DNA of 28,182 nucleotides, filler included, from Candidatus Babeliales bacterium (lineage in GTDB: Bacteria; Babelota; Babeliae; Babelales; JABCYS01): assembly GCA_016929235.1 (NCBI GenBank). It is 2 parts of 2 records of this genome, joined end to end, with 100 filler letters (N's around TTAATTAATTAA, not from the genome) between each part and the next. Parts side by side here need not be neighbours in the genome. Positions count along the whole stretch, not along the records: positions 14,087 to 28,182 come from JAFGJD010000003.1; 1 more part is not named here. One strand, written 5' to 3'. The notes under the pieces are model-generated. The model was not told the origin of the DNA, made no database searches, and was given only the letters and a program-made list of their open reading frames with translations. Positions 15,286 through 23,162 of the stretch are shown in pieces; position 1 is the first letter of the stretch, and each line of letters starts with the position of its first letter. The translations under genes were made by a program, and so were the position numbers.

Positions 15286-16701
15286 ATGGCCACAATTGTA
15301 AAACAGGCGGCTCAGAGTAAAAATATTGTCCAAGCACATCGTTCCTACGAAGATATTATTCATTTTCTCGATACAAATTGGCACACAAAAACATCTCATT
15401 CACTCGACGCAATCAGACAACTAGACGCTCTTTTGGATTACCCGTCCCGAGCACAACACACTATTCTCATCAGTGGTACAAACGGAAAAAGTTTAACCGC
15501 ACATTTTCTCACATCATTGTTGCATGAAGAAGGCATCACCGCTGGCATATATACGGCACCACATATACACACATATAATGAGCGGCTTTCTTTGCGCAAC
15601 GAACATATCAGTAATGAACTGTTTACACAGTTTGGCAATAGCATTTTGACTATCGCAGAACACGAAAAGATTAATCTTTCATCTTCAGAATTGCTCACGC
15701 TTATGGCCCTCTTATATTGCAAGCATGCTGGCGTCGATGTCGCTGTACTAGAGGTTGCAACATACGATGCCGACCCAACCTTTGTATGTACACCACAAAT
15801 CATGGCAATTACACGCCTCACCGAAACTAGTGAGATCCACCAACAACAAACCGCGCAGATAATGCAGACCCTCACACGCGCGCTTTCAAAAGATAGTTGG
15901 GTTGTCTCTGCCGATCAAAGCAAATTAAATCTGCAAATCATGGCTGACTGTATACAGCAGCATGGCTGCAACTGGGCAATGCCTATCAGAAAACTAACCG
16001 CACTACCATATCCGTTTGAGCAACTTCATGGACGTGCAGCTGCGCTCGCAGAACGCATTGCACATCTATATGTCACCAATTTCGTACTGCCACATGAGAC
16101 AATTGTAAACGAAAGTTTATTGGTAAAGCCTAAGGGGCATCGTGGGCGTCCAACACTAGAAGCAAAAAGGAACTCAGAGTTAAATCCACGTCGCTCACTC
16201 ACCAACTTCTGGCAAGAAACAGCAACACCACCAACAGGTCGATTTCAAATCATCGAACAAGAGCATCCAACCGTTCTTCTTGATAATGCAAGTAATCTTG
16301 ATGCGCTTAAAAATCTTCTTCTTGGCATTCGTTTACTCCACTATCAACGCCCCATCAAAGGTCTAGCATTAATCATGGGATGCCATGCAGACACGCTGGA
16401 ACGCGAAGAATTTCTTAAAGTCATTCGCTACTTCTTTAAAAAAACAAGCGGTCATATCATCTTCTACCCGGTAGCACCAGAAACACGCGATTCACGCGGA
16501 ACAAAAATTTCATGGAACGTTGAACAGATAACAAACTCCGTAAAAAACATGAAAATGAAAGCCCGCGCTTCAAAAAGCTTTGAAGACGCTTTTTCATATG
16601 CAATAAAACATGCGGATGAACGGAATGGATTGATCGTTATTTCTGGCTCTAATATGGCTCTGCGCGAATATTGGAACTATAGAACCGCACGCGACGCGTA
16701 A
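15286..16701 (+). CDS. Divergent FolC/Mur-ligase-family protein
   Basis: ISGTNGKS P-loop, GIYTAPHIHTYNER, VDVAVLEV, GRFQII, VLLDNASN and IVISGS. ATG 15286 follows AGGTGGAG. Several FolC motifs are degenerate. Confidence 0.8.
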   Translation: MATIVKQAAQSKNIVQAHRSYEDIIHFLDTNWHTKTSHSLDAIRQLDALLDYPSRAQHTILISGTNGKSLTAHFLTSLLHEEGITAGIYTAPHIHTYNERLSLRNEHISNELFTQFGNSILTIAEHEKINLSSSELLTLMALLYCKHAGVDVAVLEVATYDADPTFVCTPQIMAITRLTETSEIHQQQTAQIMQTLTRALSKDSWVVSADQSKLNLQIMADCIQQHGCNWAMPIRKLTALPYPFEQLHGRAAALAERIAHLYVTNFVLPHETIVNESLLVKPKGHRGRPTLEAKRNSELNPRRSLTNFWQETATPPTGRFQIIEQEHPTVLLDNASNLDALKNLLLGIRLLHYQRPIKGLALIMGCHADTLEREEFLKVIRYFFKKTSGHIIFYPVAPETRDSRGTKISWNVEQITNSVKNMKMKARASKSFEDAFSYAIKHADERNGLIVISGSNMALREYWNYRTARDA

Positions 16702-16704
16702 CTC

Positions 16705-16932
16705 ATGATATACCCTCTCTTCATCTCGAGTGTCAGCGGCATCGTTTATGGTTGGTGGTATACACGTATCTTTATTGCTAGACACAAGAGATTTACTATC
16801 GGAGCATTAATCCCAATCTTATTGCTTGCCGGGATCTTATACCTTTTATTGCTCTCTGGAACGAAGAATCTTATACTCTTTGCTGTAACGTTTTTTATGA
16901 CCTTTTGGGTAATAATCTTAAAGAAGGCATAG
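16705..16932 (+). CDS. Small hydrophobic protein, AtpI-like by position
   Basis: 75 aa with three hydrophobic segments, directly upstream of atpB. Confidence 0.55.
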   Translation: MIYPLFISSVSGIVYGWWYTRIFIARHKRFTIGALIPILLLAGILYLLLLSGTKNLILFAVTFFMTFWVIILKKA

Positions 16933-16939
16933 GAATGCG

Positions 16940-17689
16940 ATGGAAGGTCTTCAGATCCTAACATATAATCGCTGGTACCCACTTAGATTTCTTGGGTTTA
17001 CCGATCCTTTTTGGAGCGTACACGAAGAGACCATCCTGGCAACATGGATCGTGCTTGGCATCTTACTATTCACAAGTATCCTTATTCATATAGGCGTTAA
17101 AAAGAATCATCCTTATCTACGTTACCTAGCTATGGAGTACGTACGTTTCTTCAAAGGAACCTACACTGAAGCGACCGGGCTATATAACTATAACAATATC
17201 GTTTTTTTGATTGCGTTATTTAGCTTTATCATGCTATGTAACATTGCCGCCGCATTCATTCCGTGGATTGAAGAGCCTACAAGCGATGTCAATACAACGC
17301 TTGCATTTGGCATTACATCATTCTTATATGTGCAAGGCGCAAGTATTACAGCTATCGGCATTCGAGCCTATGTTAAAGAGTACTTCACTCCGGTCTTTCT
17401 TTTTCCGCTACATGTCGTTGGTAAACTGGTTACGATTGTTTCACTATCATTTCGTTTATTCGGTAACATTTTTGGAGGCTCTGTCATTACAAAGATTTAT
17501 AATGCCATGAAGCTTAATTCCTTTATTGGTGAAATGATCGGTATGATGATCGGAACAAACCTTGTAGTAACTTACTTTTTTGGTATCTTCGAGGGGCTCA
17601 TTCAGGCATATGTCTTTTGTACGCTTACATTGACGTATCTTGCTATGGGCGTACAGCACAATGATGAATCCTCCGGAGAGACTGTATGA
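16940..17689 (+). CDS. atpB: F0 ATP synthase subunit a
   Basis: PTSDVNTT, SLSFRLFGNIFGG (essential Arg) and EGLIQAYVF.TLT..Y. Confidence 0.95.
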   Translation: MEGLQILTYNRWYPLRFLGFTDPFWSVHEETILATWIVLGILLFTSILIHIGVKKNHPYLRYLAMEYVRFFKGTYTEATGLYNYNNIVFLIALFSFIMLCNIAAAFIPWIEEPTSDVNTTLAFGITSFLYVQGASITAIGIRAYVKEYFTPVFLFPLHVVGKLVTIVSLSFRLFGNIFGGSVITKIYNAMKLNSFIGEMIGMMIGTNLVVTYFFGIFEGLIQAYVFCTLTLTYLAMGVQHNDESSGETV

Positions 17690-18645
17690 CATATGCCCCC
17701 TACCTGTTAACGGTTCTTGTTATTGTTCTACCTCTTCTTTTTGCAGTCATCGGAACATCGCTTGGTCAGGGATTCAGTGCCTACTGGAGTCTCAGAGCAA
17801 CCAATATTCAGCCGGCATCACAACCAGAGATTGCACGCATTAATCTACTTGGATCAGCGCTCCTGGAAAGCTCTCTTGTTCTTGGTTTACTTCCAAGCAT
17901 CTTTCTTATCTTTGATCAAACTAAGACCACTCCAGAGTTTTATCCAAGTATCGCGCGACTAGGAATTTTATTTAGTTCAGGACTTGTCTGCATGATTGCT
18001 CCGGCTGTTTCATGGCGCAGCATCAAAAAAGCTTGTCTTGCTGCGTCACGACAACCTTTTTTTGGCACCAAAATTTTTCAGCTTCTTCTGCTTACCATGG
18101 CACTATTACAAACACCGGTCTTTTTGAGTTTTATGATTACGTTCTTCGCTCGCCACCGAGCACTTACAATTACAACATTAGGCGAATGTTTGCAGATACT
18201 AGCTAGTGGAATAGCGGTAGGGCTCGGTAGCATCGGCCCTATGATTGGACTCGCACATGTTATTAGAAGTGCCATTCAAGGAGTTGGAAGAAATCGTTCT
18301 GCACTTGAAGGACTACGTACATTTACCTTTTTGAGTGAGGGTCTTTTGGGCACACCAATCGCATTCTCATTTATTACAGCATTACTTATCCTGCTACGCA
18401 CCACTACAAATCCATCACTACTACAAGGCATATTATTTATGAGTGCAGCGTTAACCATTGGACTTGGAACGATGCTACCTGGCATTGCATCGGGGCGCGT
18501 AGCATCAACTGCATGTAAAGAAATTGCGCATGATCCAGCAAATCTTACACCAATCCGTACCGCTAGCTTCTTAAGCCAAATCTTTCTAGAATCTCTTACG
18601 GTATATGCATTTTTAGTTACACTAATTCTGCTTTTTTTTGCATGA
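17686..18645 (+). CDS. atpE: F0 ATP synthase subunit c, four tandem fused hairpins
   Basis: 319 aa = 4 x ~80 aa. Loops IQP43, RQP124, RNR204 and HDP284; residue +18 is E61, Q142, G222 and E302. Gly-rich inner helices; ATGA overlap with atpB. Confidence 0.9.
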   Translation: MTYAPYLLTVLVIVLPLLFAVIGTSLGQGFSAYWSLRATNIQPASQPEIARINLLGSALLESSLVLGLLPSIFLIFDQTKTTPEFYPSIARLGILFSSGLVCMIAPAVSWRSIKKACLAASRQPFFGTKIFQLLLLTMALLQTPVFLSFMITFFARHRALTITTLGECLQILASGIAVGLGSIGPMIGLAHVIRSAIQGVGRNRSALEGLRTFTFLSEGLLGTPIAFSFITALLILLRTTTNPSLLQGILFMSAALTIGLGTMLPGIASGRVASTACKEIAHDPANLTPIRTASFLSQIFLESLTVYAFLVTLILLFFA

Positions 18646-18654
18646 GATACGCAC

Positions 18655-19800
18655 ATGTCACTTAATGTTTTATACATCGTCACCAAACTCGAACTCGGCG
18701 GCGCACAAAAAGTATGCCTCTCCTTATTTGATGGCATTCGCACACGTGGCGGAACAAGCTTCTTAATCTCAGGAGCCGAAGGAACGCTTGCGCCTGCAAT
18801 GCAGGGGCAACCGAACGTCATATTATTGGACAGCTTTAAGCGTGAATTTTCACTATCGTGCATTTGGACAGAATTCAAAAATTTCGTCTCACTTATACGC
18901 ACGATTAGGAGTCTAAAAAAGAAAAATCCCAACCTTATTGTGCACACGCATAGTACCAAAGCGGGACTTGTTGGTCGCTGGGCAGCACTATTTGCCGGTG
19001 TTTCACATCGCGTTCATACCGTGCATGGTTACGGATTTCATCCATATCAATCACACTTCTTTTGGTTTGTAACGTTCTTTCTTGAGTGGGTTACCTGTCT
19101 TATCACGACACACTATATCTGTGTTTCATCTGCAGATGCACGCATTGGCATCAAGCGATTCCCTCGATTTTCAAAAAAATACTCAATCATCCGCGCTGCC
19201 ATTGATTGGGAACAATTTTATATTCCTGCACATGCAGCTCCAGTATTTCCAGAACAGCATGAACCATTTATTTTTGGAACGGTATCCTGTTTTAAAGAAC
19301 AAAAAAATCTCTTCGATCTTTTAAAAGCATTTGACTGGGTTCATAGACGTAACGCACAAACTAGACTCGAATTGGTCGGGGATGGCCATCTAAGGCCTGA
19401 TATAGAAGAATGGATTAAAGAACACAATTTGCGCGATGCTATTACACTTCATGGATGGCAAGATCATGTTGCACCCTTTATGATGAATTGGCACGCATTT
19501 ACCCTCAGTTCGCTTTGGGAAGGATTGCCATGTGCATCAGTCGAGGCACGACTGCTTCGTCTTCCTGTTTTAAGCTACAACACAGGTGGCATCAGCGACA
19601 TAATCAAACATGGTAAAAATGGTTTTTTATATCCGCAACAAGACTGGCAAGCTCTCGCACATGGCATGCTTGAACTCACACAAAAAAAAGAGCTTATTCG
19701 AGCGCTTACGATGTATCAAGAAGATCTTTCAGACTTCAATAACGAAGTCATGGTTCAAAAGCATATCTCCTTGTATACAACACTTGCCACTCAAGAGTGA
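18655..19800 (+). CDS. Glycosyltransferase family 4 (GT-B)
   Basis: LELGGAQ, VHTHSTKAG, HTVHG, KEQKN, VGDG and SSLWEGLPCASVEA (EX7E motif). Confidence 0.92.
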   Translation: MSLNVLYIVTKLELGGAQKVCLSLFDGIRTRGGTSFLISGAEGTLAPAMQGQPNVILLDSFKREFSLSCIWTEFKNFVSLIRTIRSLKKKNPNLIVHTHSTKAGLVGRWAALFAGVSHRVHTVHGYGFHPYQSHFFWFVTFFLEWVTCLITTHYICVSSADARIGIKRFPRFSKKYSIIRAAIDWEQFYIPAHAAPVFPEQHEPFIFGTVSCFKEQKNLFDLLKAFDWVHRRNAQTRLELVGDGHLRPDIEEWIKEHNLRDAITLHGWQDHVAPFMMNWHAFTLSSLWEGLPCASVEARLLRLPVLSYNTGGISDIIKHGKNGFLYPQQDWQALAHGMLELTQKKELIRALTMYQEDLSDFNNEVMVQKHISLYTTLATQE

Positions 19801-19807
19801 TTTTATC

Positions 19808-19836
19808 GTGACATTTGCTAGACGGTCCATTATAGT
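19808..19836 (+). promoter_or_regulatory. Putative sigma70 promoter for the cysteine synthase-family gene
   Basis: GTGACA-17 nt-TATAGT (5/6 and 5/6 to consensus), ~37 nt upstream of the start. Confidence 0.5.
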
Positions 19837-19872
19837 AATCGAAAATTTATTTTTCTTTACAAAACGGAGTGC

Positions 19873-20847
19873 ATGATGACAAGCCACATCAAAACCCCCC
19901 TTCCATCAAAGCAACCGACAATCTATCGTGAAAAAAAATACGCCAATGTCATAGATGCCATTGGCAACACGCCACTAGTAGAAATTGATCTTGGAACAGA
20001 AGCAACGCTCTTGGCAAAACTCGAGTTCCTTAATCCTGGAGGGAGCATCAAGGATCGCTCAGCTCGATACATGATCGAAGATGCAGAACAAAAAGGGCTC
20101 CTTCAACCGGGAGGAACTCTCATAGACGCATCATCCGGCAACCAAGGGATTGCGACGGCAATGATTGGGGCATACAAGGGATACAAAGTTATCATCACCG
20201 TCTCTGAAAAAATTAGTAAAGAAAAAATGGATACACTCAAGGCCTATGGCGCAGAAGTCGTCGTATGTCCATGTACTGATACCCTTGAAGACCCAAACAG
20301 TTATCACTCTCGTGCACTCGCACTGCAAAAAAAAATCCCCAACTCGTTCATGCCGAATCAGTATTTCAACGTTGCCAATGCATGGGGACATTATCATTCA
20401 CTTGGTCCTGAAATTTGGAGTCAAACCAATGGTACCGTGACACACTATTTTGCAGCTGCCGGAACTGGCGGACATAGTACTGGTGCAGGTCGTTATCTCA
20501 AAGAAAAGAACCCTAACATCAAAGTCATTGCTCTTGATTCAGCAACATCATGGCGCTCCACAAATGGATGTCCACAGCCATATAAGCTTGAAGGAATCGG
20601 CATTGATTTCGAGTCGCCTGTCTTTGACAAAGCCGTCATTGACGAGATTGTTGGTGTTCACGACGACGACGCAATTGCTATGCTCAAGCATATGGCACGC
20701 AAGCACGGCTTACTTCTAGGAACTAGCAGTGGAGCTGTAGTATATGCAGCAAAAGAATATGCTAAAAATTTATCAAGCGATGCTGTTATCGTTATGGCGC
20801 TGGGTGACTCAGGACGCGCTTACTTGACTAAAGGTTTTTACGATTGA
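19873..20847 (+). CDS. PLP-dependent cysteine synthase / cystathionine beta-synthase family enzyme
   Basis: IGNTPLV, AKLEFLNPGGSIKDR (PLP Lys), SSGNQG, GTGG, LEGIG, GTSSGA and DSGRAYL. Confidence 0.92.
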   Translation: MMTSHIKTPLPSKQPTIYREKKYANVIDAIGNTPLVEIDLGTEATLLAKLEFLNPGGSIKDRSARYMIEDAEQKGLLQPGGTLIDASSGNQGIATAMIGAYKGYKVIITVSEKISKEKMDTLKAYGAEVVVCPCTDTLEDPNSYHSRALALQKKIPNSFMPNQYFNVANAWGHYHSLGPEIWSQTNGTVTHYFAAAGTGGHSTGAGRYLKEKNPNIKVIALDSATSWRSTNGCPQPYKLEGIGIDFESPVFDKAVIDEIVGVHDDDAIAMLKHMARKHGLLLGTSSGAVVYAAKEYAKNLSSDAVIVMALGDSGRAYLTKGFYD

Positions 20848-21834
20848 AAGATCAATCCATGTTGGCTTAAATGTATATGAAGATCCAAATTTCATCGATA
20901 GCAACTGTTTATCTGCAACGCGATCTTTACTACGCTGCCACCATGCATGAATCCTGCGCAATGGCGTAATGAAGGTATCTTTACCAAAGTAAAACGTTCC
21001 CCAGTGCATTGGTATCAGCGCCTTCGCTCGCAAGTCAAGAAATGCTTCTCCCGCCTCTTCAGCATTCATGTGAGTATGCTTCATAAGCTCACGCGGCTCG
21101 CATGGTGCAATGGGAAGTAGTGCACAATCAATTGACGGAAAACTTTTCGAAATAAAACTAAAATGATTTGCATAGGCAGAATCTCCACCGAAGTATAGTG
21201 TAAATCCGTTATGTTGAATCATCCAACTCCCCCACAATGCTTTATTGTAGTCAAGCAGTCCACGCTGGGACCAATGATAGGCAGGTAAAAAGGTTGCAGT
21301 ACAAGTATGATGTTTTCGATATTGCCACCACGAAAATTCCTCAATATTGGCATACTTGTGCCGTCTAAACCACGGCCCATCACCCTGGGGAACGCAGATA
21401 ATTGCATCAGGTTTTAAAAACTTCCTGATCAAGCGCAAGGAATTTGCATGCATATGATCAAGGTGGTTATGTGAAATAAGGATCATATCAATTGGAGGTA
21501 AATCACGAAAGCGAACACCTGGCGGAAAAATTCTTGGGAAAAAAACTGTCACATCAGTAAAGACAGGATCCGTTAAAATATTCATCCCGCCGACTTGAAC
21601 CAAAAATGACGAATGGCCAATCCATGTCACAATAGGCTCATACGATTGTTCAACTGGGATATGGTACCGATGCCATTGCCGAGTCGATAATGATGGAGTA
21701 AAAATCCGATGGTTCCATGAGTCAGAAAGCATGTGTGCTACGCGAGATAGCACACCACCCCGCTCCTCGTTTTTGTTATTCGCAAAGCGGCCATCTTTAT
21801 TACAGGGAGAGAATTTTTTTTCGTGCGAATCCAC
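20809..21834 (-). CDS. Metallo-beta-lactamase-fold hydrolase, NAPE-PLD/RomA-like
   Basis: TWIGHSSFL, ILTDPVF, ISHNHLDH (HxHxDH), PAYHWSQR, LWGSW, YFGGDSAY, HMNAEEA and IPMHWGTF. Confidence 0.92.
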   Translation of the reverse strand: MDSHEKKFSPCNKDGRFANNKNEERGGVLSRVAHMLSDSWNHRIFTPSLSTRQWHRYHIPVEQSYEPIVTWIGHSSFLVQVGGMNILTDPVFTDVTVFFPRIFPPGVRFRDLPPIDMILISHNHLDHMHANSLRLIRKFLKPDAIICVPQGDGPWFRRHKYANIEEFSWWQYRKHHTCTATFLPAYHWSQRGLLDYNKALWGSWMIQHNGFTLYFGGDSAYANHFSFISKSFPSIDCALLPIAPCEPRELMKHTHMNAEEAGEAFLDLRAKALIPMHWGTFYFGKDTFITPLRRIHAWWQRSKDRVADKQLLSMKFGSSYTFKPTWIDLSIVKTFSQVSAS

Positions 21835-21862
21835 TGAATCAATCTACCTTTTTTAAACGATA

Positions 21863-21947
21863 CCCCCGCCCAGACAGAATGTCATGGACAGGGGAAATGG
21901 AGGTTATCGAAAGCTAACGTCATCATGATCCTAGATCACTGATGACG
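21863..21947 (-). other. Cluster of stem-loops between the GT4 and MBL genes (candidate terminator or structured leader)
   Basis: 13-bp hairpin at 21918-21947, short hairpin at 21903-21918, and a 14-bp hairpin at 21863-21894 that pairs fully (with two G-U pairs) only on the minus strand. Confidence 0.5.
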
Positions 21948-21986
21948 GAGTAAACAATACACAAACTGATTATAAATATCAACAGA

Positions 21987-23090
21987 TTAGACCAGGGAGC
22001 GAAACATCTTTCTATACGAATCAACCATCTTATCGGCAGATCGCTCGTGCAATACGGTCTTATACCCTTCTTCGCCTATTTTTTTGCGAAGATTTTTTTC
22101 TCGCATAATGTTACACATAGTCATAATCATAGTCTCAAAGTCACCACATTGTACAAGAATGCCATTATTCCCTGAGATGATGACTTCGTGCTCGTTTTGC
22201 TCTGCCGTTACAATACATGGTAGCGCAAAACTCATGGCTTCCAGCAATGCTATAGACAGTCCCTCCTGGAGCGATGGCAAGATAAAACAGTCAAACATAG
22301 GGTAGTACCCATAGGCAGACTGGCCGGTCACGAAACGAACTGTATCCGTAAGGCCCAATGCAGCTGCTTGATCCTTCAATCGTTGTTCCTCTGGACCGGT
22401 CCCCACAATGACCAACCGAGCTTGTGGTCGCTGTGCTATCACCTGCGCGAAACAAGTCAGTAAAAATGAAAAATTCTTTCGGAGAATAAGACGACCAACA
22501 GTTCCGAATATTTCATGGGCCTCATTAAGACCAATCTTTTCTCGAATAACACATTCCTCTTTACCCAGTTGCATAATCTTGGCTGCATGAATACCATTTT
22601 GAATAATCTGCACATCATTCACAGGAAACAGCCTACGGCGCCCAATGCTATAGGCAACATCATGAGAGACGGCAACCACTTTTGTCGCCATATGAAACGT
22701 ATACCGATCAAAAAATCCACGAATCAATCCATCTTGATTCACGCCCAAATGAATCGCACATACAACAGGAACATTAAGTAATCTTCCAACAACTCTTCCA
22801 GAAAAATTAGCAGCCCAGAGTGCCGTATGTATGAGATTGGGAGAAAGCATTTTTACTAGCCGGTATAATCTTGCAAAAAACCACGGATCATATCGCGAAA
22901 TCATTCCGCAAATCTGATATGTGGGAATCGAACACTGCTTCAGCCTTTGCACATGGGGCCCGTCATGAAAATAGATCACATGTTGCTCAAATTCATCGGC
23001 TAATTCATGAACGAGATCAACAAGAAGAGCTTCTGCTCCACCACGTTTCAACCCAGAAATGACATGAACAAGTCGTTTTTTTTCTGACAT
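21987..23090 (-). CDS. Glycosyltransferase family 4 (GT-B)
   Basis: LKRGGAE, IQNGI, VGRLILRKN, VGTGP and PSLQEGLSIALLEAM. ATG 23090 preferred over TTG 23105. Confidence 0.92.
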   Translation of the reverse strand: MSEKKRLVHVISGLKRGGAEALLVDLVHELADEFEQHVIYFHDGPHVQRLKQCSIPTYQICGMISRYDPWFFARLYRLVKMLSPNLIHTALWAANFSGRVVGRLLNVPVVCAIHLGVNQDGLIRGFFDRYTFHMATKVVAVSHDVAYSIGRRRLFPVNDVQIIQNGIHAAKIMQLGKEECVIREKIGLNEAHEIFGTVGRLILRKNFSFLLTCFAQVIAQRPQARLVIVGTGPEEQRLKDQAAALGLTDTVRFVTGQSAYGYYPMFDCFILPSLQEGLSIALLEAMSFALPCIVTAEQNEHEVIISGNNGILVQCGDFETMIMTMCNIMREKNLRKKIGEEGYKTVLHERSADKMVDSYRKMFRSLV

Positions 23091-23162
23091 CTTTTTTATT
23101 TCCAAACTATGATCGAATCATGGAACACAAGGTATACAAGAATTGAAATCACGGCAAAATTA

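Noticed and set aside
17686..18645. atpE tetramer as an assembly-induced tandem duplication
   Set aside because: The four units are highly diverged in protein and DNA sequence and form one clean reading frame.
18276..18959. 227-aa antisense ORF
   Set aside because: It lies wholly opposite atpE and the GT4 gene and has no recognisable motif, so it is a shadow ORF.
21900..21950. Hammerhead ribozyme or fluoride riboswitch (GAAA, GTC and CTGATGA present on +)
   Set aside because: Hammerhead stems II and III cannot pair and the NUH site is misplaced. The fluoride riboswitch pseudoknot pairing is absent, and no + strand gene lies downstream.
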